Numbered from the stretch's first letter, positions 7,676-17,952 are shown. The stretch is DNA of 64,000 nucleotides from Bradymonadia bacterium (GCA_046290225.1 JBKAGE010000039.1:96001-160000), one strand, 5' to 3'. Notes: generated by a model not told the origin, from the letters alone. Translations and numbers: made by a program.

Positions 7676-10162
7676 TCAGTCCCCGCTGAGCTCCATACGG
7701 GTCAGCATGGGGTCGGCCTCGATCTGGGCCCGGTCGAAGAGCAGCGGGCGCCAGCCCTTCTCCGAGTAGAGCCGGGTCTGATCTGCATGGTGAGGAGAGC
7801 GCGAGTCACCGGACTGGCTGTAGGTCAGGATGCCTTCCGCCCGGGGCCCGTCATCGGTGAACTCCACCCCGAAGACATAGCTGTTGCCATCGTTGATCAC
7901 ATAGCCGTCCTCAGTGAGGTCGGTGGCGTCGTTGACCACCGCGCCCCGGGGCATCCGGGGCAGGGCGGTGCCGTTGGCGCTGCCATAAACGGCGATGGCC
8001 ATCATGCCTTCGAAGAACTGGCCGCCGGGCACAGGGATGCGCTCGTCGTTCTTGAGGGTGAACTGGATCTCGCCCAGGGGAGCATCGAGGGCGAAGCCTG
8101 CACCGGTGAGCCGGTTCGAGGCGGTGATCAGGGCGTCGACGATGGCGTCGCTCTCGCCCTGATCTTCAGCAAGGCCGTTGGGCGTGCCCACAGGATCGTT
8201 GGCGTCGAAGTCACCGGCGAGGAGCTGGCCGGAGCCGAACATCTCAGCAAAGCCGAACTCGCCGAGGAACTCGCGCCACAGCGCTGCGCCACGGCTGTCG
8301 ATGCTGGCGAGGCCATCCCAGTTCTCGAGCACGTCGCAGGCGTCGAGGGCCGGCTCGGCAGTGCGGCAGCGGGCCACCACGGCGTCGCGGATGTTCTCGG
8401 CCCAGTAGCCACGGGTGCTCATGGCCGACTCGCGCAGCGTGTCGAGATCGAAGTTGTCCTGCTCGAGAATCTGCACTGCGTTCTGGCGGGTGCGGGGGCG
8501 GCGAGCGGTGCGCTCGGGGCCGTAGAGTGGGCTGTAGCCCTCGAGGGGGGACTCGACGTTGCTCAGCCAGTGGGAGTCGTTGGCGTTGAAGATGTAGTCC
8601 CGGCGCTCGAGCTGGGGGGCGTCGGCAGGGGGGATGATGCCGGGGATGCGGGTGCCGTCGACCTCGACCCAGTCGTTGTCGGTGGTGCTGCCGTCGAGCA
8701 CCACGATGCCGAAGCCTTGGAAGCCTGCCGTGGCGATGGGATCCACCCCGATGGAGTCAGCCCAGCGCTGCAGCTGCGCCTGGGACAGGTTGGGCACGCA
8801 CGTGGCGTCCATGTAGAAGGCGTTGCCCTCTTTGTCGGCGAACATCGTGTTGATGAAGGGGTTGGCGTTCCAGGTGTAGATCGCGTCCTTGAAGCTCTGC
8901 AGATCCGTAGCCCGGTTCATGGCCAGCCACATCTCCAGGGCCTGCCAGTTGTCCTGGTTGGCGTCGCGGTAGGCGGTGCCGAGGGTGGGGGTCCAGCCGC
9001 CCAGGGCCACCATGGGGCCGTGGCGGGTGCGCCACAGGGTGCGGTTCACCTCTTGGAGGCTGCCATCGCCCTGTCGGACCTGAATCGTGTACTCGGTGGA
9101 CTCCATGGGGGTGGAGACGCCGTCGACGATGTAGGCCGTGGGATCGTTGGGATCGAGCTCGAGGTTGTAGCCGGTGAACCGCTGGCTCGACGAGACGGTG
9201 TGGGTCCAGGCGATGTTGCCGTTGAACCCGATGCCGAGGAAAGGCAGCCCCACGAGGGTAGCGCCGTAGAGGTCGAGCTCTCCGGGGATGGTCAGATGCA
9301 TCTCGTGCCAGCGCCGCTCACCCTCCCAGGGGAAGTGCGGGTTGCCCAGCAGCAAACCCCGCCCGTTGGCGGTCTTGTCGGCGCCGAGGCCCCAGCCGTT
9401 CGAGCTGAGGGAGGGGTTGCGGAAGTTGGGCACGCCGTTGGACTGCATGGCCTTGAGGGCCTCTTCAGTGCTCTGAGGCGCAGTGTCTTCGCCGCTCTTC
9501 TGGCTCGGAGGCTGGGTGGTGGCGATGATGTCCAGGAAGGGCAAGCCCGAGGAGAACTGAGAGAACAGCAGCCCATAGGCGAAGATGTCCTGGGGCTCGA
9601 TGGGGCGGACCCAATCGGCGTTGGCGCACTCTGCAGGACGATCAGCAGGGGGCACGGCCTCGAGGTAGGCGTTGTAACCCGCTGCATAACCGGTGAGCAG
9701 CGCCTGGGTGTCGGGGCGCAGCATCGGGAAGAACGCGGTGGCCTTCTCGCGCAGTCCCAGGTGGAGCATGCCGAAGTCGGAGTTGATGTACGCGTCTTCT
9801 GGGCCGGCGCCGAGGAACTCCGCGCGCTTGCCCTGAGCTTTCAGGATCTGATCCGCTGTGGTGCAGAGATGGTCCTCCGCAGCAGCCCAGGCGATGCCAT
9901 AGCCCAGGCCACCCCAGTCCTCAGCGGTGATGTGCGCGGTGCCATAGGCGGTCCGCTCCAGGGTGGCCATGTACTGGCCACCGCCACCGCCACCTCCCTC
10001 ACCACCAGCACCGGCCATACCACCAGCGCCACCCATGGCGCCGGCTCCGCCAGCGCCACCCGTACCATCGCTGCCGCTGTCGTCGTCACAGCCTGTGAGC
10101 GGCATTGCAGAGAGGCTCAAACCAAGAAGGGCCACCGCAGGGTGGCGCAGGAGAGTGCGCAT
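7676..10162 (-). CDS. Penicillin acylase-family Ntn hydrolase (acyl-homoserine-lactone acylase PvdQ/QuiP/AAC-like) lipoprotein
   Basis: RTAYGTAHI N-terminus, beta-chain start SNGWGLG...LLGNPHFPW, WTHTVS, NANDSHW, LTYSQS..PHHADQT; lipobox LTGC. Confidence 0.9.
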   Translation of the reverse strand: MRTLLRHPAVALLGLSLSAMPLTGCDDDSGSDGTGGAGGAGAMGGAGGMAGAGGEGGGGGGGQYMATLERTAYGTAHITAEDWGGLGYGIAWAAAEDHLCTTADQILKAQGKRAEFLGAGPEDAYINSDFGMLHLGLREKATAFFPMLRPDTQALLTGYAAGYNAYLEAVPPADRPAECANADWVRPIEPQDIFAYGLLFSQFSSGLPFLDIIATTQPPSQKSGEDTAPQSTEEALKAMQSNGVPNFRNPSLSSNGWGLGADKTANGRGLLLGNPHFPWEGERRWHEMHLTIPGELDLYGATLVGLPFLGIGFNGNIAWTHTVSSSQRFTGYNLELDPNDPTAYIVDGVSTPMESTEYTIQVRQGDGSLQEVNRTLWRTRHGPMVALGGWTPTLGTAYRDANQDNWQALEMWLAMNRATDLQSFKDAIYTWNANPFINTMFADKEGNAFYMDATCVPNLSQAQLQRWADSIGVDPIATAGFQGFGIVVLDGSTTDNDWVEVDGTRIPGIIPPADAPQLERRDYIFNANDSHWLSNVESPLEGYSPLYGPERTARRPRTRQNAVQILEQDNFDLDTLRESAMSTRGYWAENIRDAVVARCRTAEPALDACDVLENWDGLASIDSRGAALWREFLGEFGFAEMFGSGQLLAGDFDANDPVGTPNGLAEDQGESDAIVDALITASNRLTGAGFALDAPLGEIQFTLKNDERIPVPGGQFFEGMMAIAVYGSANGTALPRMPRGAVVNDATDLTEDGYVINDGNSYVFGVEFTDDGPRAEGILTYSQSGDSRSPHHADQTRLYSEKGWRPLLFDRAQIEADPMLTRMELSGD

Positions 10163-10260
10163 CGAACGGACTCCTTTGTGAGGTCTCCAAAAATCGCGAG
10201 AGACTAGCACGTTCGGCCAATGTCATGTCAGTGCGCTAAGGTGTGGGCTTGTCCTGGAGC

Positions 10261-11652
10261 ATGGGTAGGAGATCGGTGCGCTTTCAAAGACCTGCCTCTT
10301 CAATGAGCACACTTGCCTGCTGTCTGCTCGCCCTCGTGGGATGCGTGGAAGATGAGGGCTCTGTCGGGGGCGGGCTGGGATCATCAATGGACGCAAGCGG
10401 GGCATTCGATGGCTCAGCTTCATCGGAGGACGCCGCGCCCGACGAGGACGGGGGCTTCGACACTGGGGTACCTGATGTACACCCCCTGGACGCCGCATGG
10501 GCCGATGCGAGTCAGCGAGAGACTGGCCCGGCAGATGGAGGGCAGCCAGACGCCTCGACACGTGACGCTGAGGCGCCCGATGTCGAGTTCACAGATGCAG
10601 CGCTGCAAGATGTCGATGTCCCGCCTGCACACGACGCTCTGGTGATGTTCCCAGACGCGGAGGTTTCAGACGTCGAGGTTTCAGACGTCGAGCTCCCCGA
10701 CGTAGAGCTTGCTGATGTGGACATGCCCGATCTGGAGGTCCCCGACGCCGACTTGCCAGACGCCTTTGTCGAAACCCCATCAGGTGAGAGGCCGGTGATC
10801 TTCACCCGTGGCCTGCCCATTCAGCATGTCATCGGCACAGTTCAAGTGGCTCGAGCCGGCAGCATATGGATGGTGGATCCCGAGACTGAAGAGCCCGCCC
10901 GGCCGCTGCTCGACGAAGACACCGCGGCGATCATGCCCAGTTGGAGCCCAGACGGTGAGTTTGTGGTCTTCGCTTCGAACCGTGGAGGAAATCACGGAGC
11001 CGACGCCACCCCAGAGCTGAATCTATGGGTGCTGAGCATAGAAGACGGCGGACTCAGACAGCTCACAGATCTGCCAGGCCACGAGTGGACCCCTGTGTGG
11101 TCTCCAGATGGTCAGAGCATCGCCTTCGCCGCCACCCGGGACTATCCCAATCGCGACAATGTATGGGGCTTCGACGTATGGGTGGTGGACGCCGACGGGC
11201 AGAACCCGCGGCCCATCTACCAGGGACGCAGCCAGGACGAAGATCCTGTGTTCAGCGGCGACAGCGAGACGCTCTACTTCATGGTCGATGCCGGCGAGGG
11301 CGGGTGTTTCTTCCAAATCTGGCAGGCGAGCGTCGGGGTCGGGCCTCCATCAGCGCAGGTGGTGCGCGACGCTCAGGGCCAGAAGCTCTGCGGGGAAGAT
11401 CCCAGCGTGTCACCCGATGGTCGATTCTTGTATTTCGTCAATCGGGGCCAGTGGAGGCGCATGCGGCTCGCCGATGGCCAGGTGGAAGACGTCACACCCA
11501 CCGTCGAGCCGTGGATAGGGCCCACCGGTGAGCGCTTCGTGTTCATGCAGAATGGCGCCATCTGGCTTGGGGAGATCGATGGAGGCGCTGCTCGCCCGAT
11601 TACTGCAGCGCCGGCCAATCAGGAGGCGCCAGACAGCTTCCCACGCTGGTGA
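10261..11652 (+). CDS. Lipoprotein with acidic linker and TolB-like/PD40 beta-propeller
   Basis: LVGC lipobox; repeated PxWSPDG..IAF motifs; start could be 10261 or 10303. Confidence 0.75.
   Translation: MGRRSVRFQRPASSMSTLACCLLALVGCVEDEGSVGGGLGSSMDASGAFDGSASSEDAAPDEDGGFDTGVPDVHPLDAAWADASQRETGPADGGQPDASTRDAEAPDVEFTDAALQDVDVPPAHDALVMFPDAEVSDVEVSDVELPDVELADVDMPDLEVPDADLPDAFVETPSGERPVIFTRGLPIQHVIGTVQVARAGSIWMVDPETEEPARPLLDEDTAAIMPSWSPDGEFVVFASNRGGNHGADATPELNLWVLSIEDGGLRQLTDLPGHEWTPVWSPDGQSIAFAATRDYPNRDNVWGFDVWVVDADGQNPRPIYQGRSQDEDPVFSGDSETLYFMVDAGEGGCFFQIWQASVGVGPPSAQVVRDAQGQKLCGEDPSVSPDGRFLYFVNRGQWRRMRLADGQVEDVTPTVEPWIGPTGERFVFMQNGAIWLGEIDGGAARPITAAPANQEAPDSFPRW
10654..10764 (+). repeat. Degenerate 15-bp coding tandem repeat (D-[AVL]-[ED]-[VLM]-[SPA])
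   Basis: GACGCGGAGGTTTCA, GACGTCGAGGTTTCA, GACGTCGAGCTCCCC and further copies encoding DAEVS DVEVS DVELP DVELA DVDMP DLEVP DADLP. Confidence 0.7.
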
Positions 11653-11667
11653 CTGATGTGAGAAATC

Positions 11668-12132
11668 TCAGAAACCGAGATACTCCAGCTCGTTGTCCGT
11701 CAACAGATGAATACATGGCCGAGTCTTGGTCTCGCCGGTGTATTCCACGGTGAACTGTTCGGTCTCACACAGGTTGCGTACGACCAGCTCGAGCTTCTCG
11801 ATTTGACTGGTCTCGCTGTCGATCATCTGACGTTCGCTGATGAGGTTCGAGATCACCCCTGCGGGGACCGGCGTCTGTCCATCTCGCTGTCCCTGTGATT
11901 CGTAGGAGACGAAGCTCTCCTTCTCCTTGAACCGCATGATGAGTATGGACAAGCGCTCGGCGTCCAAATTGTATTCTCGCCGAAGACTGTCGACGCGTAC
12001 TTCTCGCTCAGTGATTTTTTCTTTGAGCGCAGAGATCTTGGCTGTCATTGCAGTTCTGAGCTCTTCGGTGGTCTTGTTGTTGTACTCGACACCATTGAAC
12101 ATGCGATCGGTCTGACTGATGAAGTGTCCCAT
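11668..12132 (-). CDS. Hypothetical coiled-coil protein
   Basis: 154-aa ORF with typical composition and GAGG upstream of the ATG; no recognisable motif. Confidence 0.7.
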   Translation of the reverse strand: MGHFISQTDRMFNGVEYNNKTTEELRTAMTAKISALKEKITEREVRVDSLRREYNLDAERLSILIMRFKEKESFVSYESQGQRDGQTPVPAGVISNLISERQMIDSETSQIEKLELVVRNLCETEQFTVEYTGETKTRPCIHLLTDNELEYLGF

Positions 12133-12452
12133 CTGGGCCTCAACTTTCTGTGTAATGTGTATTGCTGGAGGGACACCTGGCGAAAGTCGGGCCCCACCGC
12201 CCGAGTGAGCATAGCGCCGGCGCTCAGCAGAGCAAGCTGGGGCGGGTCATTGGAGAGGGGGATTCGGCAAGACACCGAAAACGAATCTGAAAGTACGCAT
12301 GGGTGGTGCGTTGACTCACGAAAGGGAGGGGGGCTGATGGTCTGCCCATATAGCACCGAGTGATGCCATGTGGTGCGGTGAGAAGGGAGGGGAGACTACC
12401 CCACTGCAGGAAACAGTGTGTCTCATGGCCTCCCATACGTGAGCGGCCGAGA

Positions 12453-13910
12453 TCACTCCACCTCTCGGGTCACCCGCATCGGATCGTCGATGGCCATGAG
12501 CACCGGCTCGAGGTCTGGCGGCCCTGGCGAGGTGTAGTTCACATCTTCATAGGGGGTCGAGCCAGGGCCTCCGGGGTTGTAGAAGGCCTCATAACCGCCT
12601 GCGAGGCTGGGGATCTCCACAAATGTGACCTGCCGCGCTGCCGCCTCATCGCCCACCAGGATGATGTCGATGTAGTTGTCCAGATCTTCGTCGTAGCAGT
12701 TGTCGAAGGGCTCAGCCTCGGTGGCCGGGCCACCGAGCTCCGACAGGCCCACCACGCGCAGAGTACCTCCCATCACCTCATAGTCCACGCCCACCTGCTC
12801 CATGAGCACCGTTGAACCTGGAGCCTCGCCATTGACGTGCACCCTGAAGAGGCTTTCGAACTCGTCTGGGCGTACACCCCTGACCCCATCGGGCGAGAAC
12901 CCGCCAGAGGTCAGCACCCTGATGCGGAAGTCTGCCTCATCGTAGAGCTGGTGCTCGTCGTTCGGGGTGAACACGGCATCGGATAGTCGACTGCTTACCC
13001 CCTCACCGAGCACCTCTGCATCGACCCGGTTCAGCTTCGCGCCCACGAGGCGTGGCCCGTTGTCCGGGTCATACGGGCTCGAGGTGTTCTCCTTGAAGAG
13101 GCCCACCGCACTCTCTACGCGGGCGTCAGGGCCCACCAACAACAGGGGGGAGTCATCCTCCACCACCTCTACCCTCACCGGGTAGCGCGCCTCGGGGTCG
13201 CTGCTGGGCAGCCGGTTGCCGAACTCTCCGAACAACACCGCGACGTTGCGCTCGTTGTTCTCCACGTTGGGGAACGGAGACACCGCCATGGGCCTCACGA
13301 CCTCGCCGGTGTTCAGTGTCAGCTGAAAGTCGGTCAGGTCGAGGGTGCGGGTGTCCAGCGGCCAGCTGAACACCACCGGCAAGCCGTCGATGCCAATGGC
13401 CCCATCTTTGAGGGGTCCGAGCGGATCTTGGATGATGAAAGCGTTGGAGACTTGCCCTACCGTGGAGACGGTTGTGAAGTTGCGGACGTCCTCTCCGCAG
13501 TTGTACGCCGTTGACCACGCGCCCCCCGCCTGCCGGGCGAGGGCTTCGGTGGGTGCGCCCGTGCCAGGCACTGCGACGATGTCGGAGAAGCCGAGCCCTG
13601 CAGAGAGGAGCTGCGGCTCTTCTGACCAATAGTCAGCGTCGATGAGGTTGCCGTCGAACAACGCGGTAAAGAGCTGGTTCGATGGGTAGCTCACTGTGAC
13701 TTCGGCGTCCGGCGCTGGCGGCTCGGCGTCAGGTGAGGCGGTTGGGGTGTCTGCGTCTGGTGAGGCGATGTCGGCGTCTGGGCCATCGACGTTGGCGTTC
13801 ATCATGTCGGCCTCGTCGGCCGCGGAGGCGCTGTCATCCGACGCGTCGCATCCTGTGATGGCGAGTGACGCAAGGACACTGACGATGTAAGGCAAACGCT
13901 TGATGCGCAT
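12453..13910 (-). CDS. Hypothetical acidic lipoprotein
   Basis: GGAG RBS, lipobox ITGC, Asp/Pro linker, globular domain containing DGLPVVFSW and GGFSPDG. Confidence 0.75.
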   Translation of the reverse strand: MRIKRLPYIVSVLASLAITGCDASDDSASAADEADMMNANVDGPDADIASPDADTPTASPDAEPPAPDAEVTVSYPSNQLFTALFDGNLIDADYWSEEPQLLSAGLGFSDIVAVPGTGAPTEALARQAGGAWSTAYNCGEDVRNFTTVSTVGQVSNAFIIQDPLGPLKDGAIGIDGLPVVFSWPLDTRTLDLTDFQLTLNTGEVVRPMAVSPFPNVENNERNVAVLFGEFGNRLPSSDPEARYPVRVEVVEDDSPLLLVGPDARVESAVGLFKENTSSPYDPDNGPRLVGAKLNRVDAEVLGEGVSSRLSDAVFTPNDEHQLYDEADFRIRVLTSGGFSPDGVRGVRPDEFESLFRVHVNGEAPGSTVLMEQVGVDYEVMGGTLRVVGLSELGGPATEAEPFDNCYDEDLDNYIDIILVGDEAAARQVTFVEIPSLAGGYEAFYNPGGPGSTPYEDVNYTSPGPPDLEPVLMAIDDPMRVTREVE

Positions 13911-14087
13911 AGTGTCTCCCCTCAAGTGGTGTGGTCGACGTCTAGGGTGACCCCTGAATGTTGAGGGGGTTTTGAGCGCGACGATTGGTGTTGTGGATTT
14001 CTGCGTGCACCACGGACACCCTGAAAGCATCTGTACACGACGATGTGATCTCGACGAGAGGCCACAAGGCCTCAAGAGGAGAAAGAG

Positions 14088-15413
14088 ATGAACCAGATCG
14101 CTGCGCTTTCCAGAGCCGCCGCTCTCGCCGGGGCGCTGGCCTGTGGGCTGCCTGCTTGTGATGACGAGAGCAATGAGCAGACCAGCGCCGACGCCATGGT
14201 CGACGTCGAGATGGGAGACGCAGGCGTTGATCCCGTGCCTGACGCCGAGATGAGCGACGGCCCGGATATGGCCACGAGCCCCGATATGAACATCGCCCCC
14301 GACATGATGGTAGAACCACCAGTCTGCCTAGAAGACACCACGGGCAACTTCGGCGATCCCGGTGCCACCGAGCTGAACATCGAGATCGTCGCCGATGGGC
14401 TGTCGATCCCCTGGGGCCTGGACTGGCTGCCTGACGGCGCCATGCTGGTCACTCAGCGCAGCGGCGATATCTTGCGTGTCAACACCGACGGTGAGCTGCA
14501 GGCCGAGCCCGTTGCCACGGTCCCCATCACCCCCTCAGGTGAAGGGGGCCTCCTGGGCCTGGCGATCCATCCTGATGTGGCGACGAACGGTTGGATCTAC
14601 ATCTACGCTACGGTGGGTCGGGGCAACACGCTGCGCAATGAAGTCCAGCGTTGGGTGCTCAACGAGGCTGCCACTTCGGCCACCTTCGAATCGGTCATCG
14701 TCGCTGACATCCCTGCGCTGCTGTTTCACAACGGTGGACGGCTGAGGTTCGGCCCCGACGGGCACCTCTATGTGGGCACGGGTGATGCCGGTGAGCCCGG
14801 ACTTTCGCAAGACGTGTCCAGCCTCGGCGGCAAGCTGCTGCGGGTCACCGATGAGGGGATGGTGCCCGACGACAACCCCTTCCCGGGAGAGGCGGCCTAC
14901 CTCATCGGCGTGCGCAACACCCAGGGCTTCGACTGGCGGGCAGACGGTACCATCGTCATCACCGATCACGGCCCGAGCGGGTTGCCGGCAGAATTGGGGC
15001 GCACGGACTACGACGAGATCAACGTCGTGGCGCCCGGCGACAACCTCGGGTGGCCCGACATCTACCAGTGCGAGACCGCAGAGGGCATGCAGACGCCCCG
15101 CAAGACGTGGGCCCGGGCCATGCCTCCAGGGGGCACGGCGATCTACACCGGCGACAGCCTGCCGTGGCAGGGCGATGTGTTCATCGGCGTGCTCGGCTTC
15201 GAGGCCGACGTGGGCCACCTGCACCGTATCTCGCTCGATGCCTCCGGCAATGTCACGGCCTCGGAGACTTATCTGCGGGGTGACGAAGGCTATGGTCGTC
15301 TGCGTGAGGTGGTCATGGGGCCCGACGGCCATCTGTACGTCACCACGAGCAATTGTGATGGTCGTGGCGAATGTGGGGCTGGAGATTTGATTCTGCGCCT
15401 CTCTGCGCCGTGA
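14088..15413 (+). CDS. PQQ-dependent glucose/sorbosone dehydrogenase-family lipoprotein
   Basis: GLSIPWGLDWLPDG, GEGGLLGLAIHP, HNGGRLRFGPDG.LYVGTGD, GVRNTQG, DEIN...NLGWP, GRLREVVMGPDG. Confidence 0.9.
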   Translation: MNQIAALSRAAALAGALACGLPACDDESNEQTSADAMVDVEMGDAGVDPVPDAEMSDGPDMATSPDMNIAPDMMVEPPVCLEDTTGNFGDPGATELNIEIVADGLSIPWGLDWLPDGAMLVTQRSGDILRVNTDGELQAEPVATVPITPSGEGGLLGLAIHPDVATNGWIYIYATVGRGNTLRNEVQRWVLNEAATSATFESVIVADIPALLFHNGGRLRFGPDGHLYVGTGDAGEPGLSQDVSSLGGKLLRVTDEGMVPDDNPFPGEAAYLIGVRNTQGFDWRADGTIVITDHGPSGLPAELGRTDYDEINVVAPGDNLGWPDIYQCETAEGMQTPRKTWARAMPPGGTAIYTGDSLPWQGDVFIGVLGFEADVGHLHRISLDASGNVTASETYLRGDEGYGRLREVVMGPDGHLYVTTSNCDGRGECGAGDLILRLSAP

Positions 15414-15422
15414 AGATCTCGC

Positions 15423-15971
15423 TCAGGTCACGGGAGACCACGCACTGGGCTCAGCCCGGCCGGTGATGGTGGTGCTGCCGATGGTGAGGTACAGCTCGCC
15501 CTCGGTCTGAGTGAGAGCCCAGCTGTTATTGCGGTCGAGCTGATCGATGATCTCGTTCAGGAACGCAGCGTCGAAGCAGTAGAGCGCGATCTCGTCGAGC
15601 CGGTGCACGGTCTTGCCGGCGAGATGGTGCTGCATGCGTTGGGCTGTGCGATCGGTGTAGACCTTGACTACCTCGGCGGCTTTGGCGGTCTTGTGCAGAC
15701 GCTCCGCGCTGGGCTGGCCGATCTCGATGGCCAGCTTGCGCGTGCCGTCGTAGTCGTCGAGAAAGATCGTCGACTCGTCGGTGTCGCAGACGCCCTTCGA
15801 GAACGTCAGGCGTTCGTCGTAGTTCAGCAAGAAGGCCAGCACGCGAGTGATGAGGTAGGGGCCAGTCTCCGAAGGGTGCATGGGCACCCGCATGGAGACC
15901 GAATCGTACACACCGCGATCGACGTCGCTCAGGTCGACCTCGAACCGGTACATGGTGGATGTGAGCGCCAC
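15423..15971 (-). CDS. yaeQ: YaeQ-family protein
   Basis: MAL.STMY...LSDVDRGVY...HPSET...RVLAF...FSKG, IEIGQP.AERL.K signature. Confidence 0.9.
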   Translation of the reverse strand: MALTSTMYRFEVDLSDVDRGVYDSVSMRVPMHPSETGPYLITRVLAFLLNYDERLTFSKGVCDTDESTIFLDDYDGTRKLAIEIGQPSAERLHKTAKAAEVVKVYTDRTAQRMQHHLAGKTVHRLDEIALYCFDAAFLNEIIDQLDRNNSWALTQTEGELYLTIGSTTITGRAEPSAWSPVT

Positions 15972-16051
15972 TTGAACTCCAATGGGTGAGAGGCTCAGTC
16001 TGCTACAGGGTCGGTGCCTGTGCCACCTTGAGCCGACACATGGAGGTGGAA

Positions 16052-16924
16052 ATGGATCGCTGGACCGAGATGCGCACCGCGTTGGAGGTGGCGCGGCAGG
16101 GCACGATCAGCGCTGCATCAGCTGTACTGGGCGTGCATCGCGCCACGATCGTGCGTCACATCGACAGCCTCGAAGAAGAGCTGGGCGGGCGTCTGTTTCA
16201 TCGCCATGCCCGTGGTTACACGCTCACCGAGGCGGGCCGGGACTTCGTCCGCGTGGCTGAGGCGACCCATGACCAGCTCGACCAGCTCGCAGGGCGCATG
16301 CGTGGTCGCGACGCCGAGGTGGCTGGGGAGCTGGTGGTGACCTCCCTCGAGGTCCTTGCCCCGCTGATGCTCGAAGCTGCGAGGGCGTTCCGTACGGCTC
16401 ACCCTCAGACATCGGTGAGATTTCACGTCAGCACCCGGGTGTTCAAGTTGGAGTATGGCGAAGCCCATGTGGCCGTGCGGACTGGTCCCCGCCCCGAGCA
16501 TCCAGACAACGTCGTGCAGCCGCTCTTCAGCCTGCAGTCAGCGGGCTACGCGCATCAGGACTACATCGCCCGCCGAGGGCACCCCGAGTCACCTGAAGAC
16601 TATGGGCGCCATGACTGGGTCGGGGTCGAGTCCGACACCGCACCAGATGCCATCGTGTCCTGGTTCGAGGCGGCGGTACCCTCTGAGCGGGTCGTGTTCA
16701 CGGGCTCCAACGAGCGCGTGTCGCTGCACGCCATCCGTGCCGGGATGGGCATCGGCATCTTGCCCATATATGACCTTGAGCCCGAGCTCGTTCAGGTCAT
16801 CCCTCCAAAGGATGAATGGCGTGTTCCGTTCTGGATGGTGACCCACGTCGATTTGCACCGTAGCCCCAAGGTGCAAGCATTCATCGCCATGCTCCGCGAT
16901 ACCGTGGCGCACAAGCGTCTGTGA
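16052..16924 (+). CDS. LysR-family transcriptional regulator
   Basis: GGAGG RBS; N-terminal HTH (LEEELGGRLFHRHARGYTLTEAG) and substrate-binding domain. Confidence 0.9.
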   Translation: MDRWTEMRTALEVARQGTISAASAVLGVHRATIVRHIDSLEEELGGRLFHRHARGYTLTEAGRDFVRVAEATHDQLDQLAGRMRGRDAEVAGELVVTSLEVLAPLMLEAARAFRTAHPQTSVRFHVSTRVFKLEYGEAHVAVRTGPRPEHPDNVVQPLFSLQSAGYAHQDYIARRGHPESPEDYGRHDWVGVESDTAPDAIVSWFEAAVPSERVVFTGSNERVSLHAIRAGMGIGILPIYDLEPELVQVIPPKDEWRVPFWMVTHVDLHRSPKVQAFIAMLRDTVAHKRL

Positions 16925-17052
16925 GCGCCTGTCTACGTCGCTCAATGATGAGTGCTGTATAAATGCGCATTGGGTGTGTGTTTTCTTTTGTTACGCGCGA
17001 AATTGATGCGCACTAGCTTCCCTTCTGCATTAGCAAGCTCAGAAGGGGACGC

Positions 17053-17910
17053 GTGATGAACAATCGAACAGCAGTGGTCACTGGCTCTACAGGTGGACTC
17101 GGCGGAGAAGTCGTCCGCGGCCTGGCGCAGGACGGTTGGGATCTGATCCTCCTCGACCGGACGCCAGCGAAGCAGGAGAAGATCCTGGAAGGGCTGAAGG
17201 CTGCATACCCGGATCAGCACTTCGAAGGGCAACGCATCGACCTGATGGATTTGCCTACTGTGCACAAGGCGATCGAAGCGGTGAAGGCGACCACGAAGTC
17301 CATCAACGCCCTGTGGAACATCTCGGGCTTGCTCACCGACGCTCGGCGGGACAGCGCTCAGGGCATCGAAGGACACTTCGCGGTGAACACCGTGGCCCCA
17401 TACGCCCTCATACGCGGTTTACAACCTCTCCTCGCGGAAGGCGCGAAGGCAGCCCCTGCCTACATCGCGAACTTCACCACAGGTGGGGTCAACAACGTGA
17501 AGTCTCTCGACGTGGGCGCCTTGACTGATCCGCCAGAGGTCGGCGGGCTCTTCGGCGCCTACTCGATCAGCAAAGCGGCCCTCCAGATGGTCGGCGTCGC
17601 GCTGGCCGACACGCTGAAGTCCCAGGGCATCCTCACTTATGCTGTCGATCCTGGGGCCACCAAAACCTCGATGACCGATGGCAACGCGGCGATGCCCTGG
17701 TTCATCCGGCTGCTTCGGCCGCTCCTGTTCCAGCCGGTGGAGAAGCAGGCCGCCAAGCTCATGAGCGCAGTGAAAGACGCAGCGGCGCAACAGGAGACAG
17801 GCCTCTTCATCTCTGGTGGAAAGCGTAAAAAACACCCACCGCTGATGTTCGACGAGGCAGCGCAGAGAGAATTGCTGAGCCTCCTCGATGGGCTGACGGC
17901 ACCCAGTTGA
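17053..17910 (+). CDS. Short-chain dehydrogenase/reductase
   Basis: VVTGSTGGLG, FAVN, YSISK (YxxxK), DPGATKT. Confidence 0.9.
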   Translation: MMNNRTAVVTGSTGGLGGEVVRGLAQDGWDLILLDRTPAKQEKILEGLKAAYPDQHFEGQRIDLMDLPTVHKAIEAVKATTKSINALWNISGLLTDARRDSAQGIEGHFAVNTVAPYALIRGLQPLLAEGAKAAPAYIANFTTGGVNNVKSLDVGALTDPPEVGGLFGAYSISKAALQMVGVALADTLKSQGILTYAVDPGATKTSMTDGNAAMPWFIRLLRPLLFQPVEKQAAKLMSAVKDAAAQQETGLFISGGKRKKHPPLMFDEAAQRELLSLLDGLTAPS

Positions 17911-17952
17911 GGTAGCCTCCTCCTCACTTCGAGTCAGAAGAGGTTGGAGGCA

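Noticed and set aside
7787..10207. 806-aa plus-strand ORF
   Set aside because: Antisense shadow of the acylase gene; high-GC codon bias removes stops, and no motifs are present.
12133..12452. Cobalamin or c-di-GMP riboswitch, or group II intron fragment
   Set aside because: The diagnostic motifs (B12 box, GEMM core, domain V) were not found on either strand.
16950..17015. LysR T-N11-A box upstream of the SDR gene
   Set aside because: AT-rich with two ATGCGCA copies, but I could not fit a convincing dyad.
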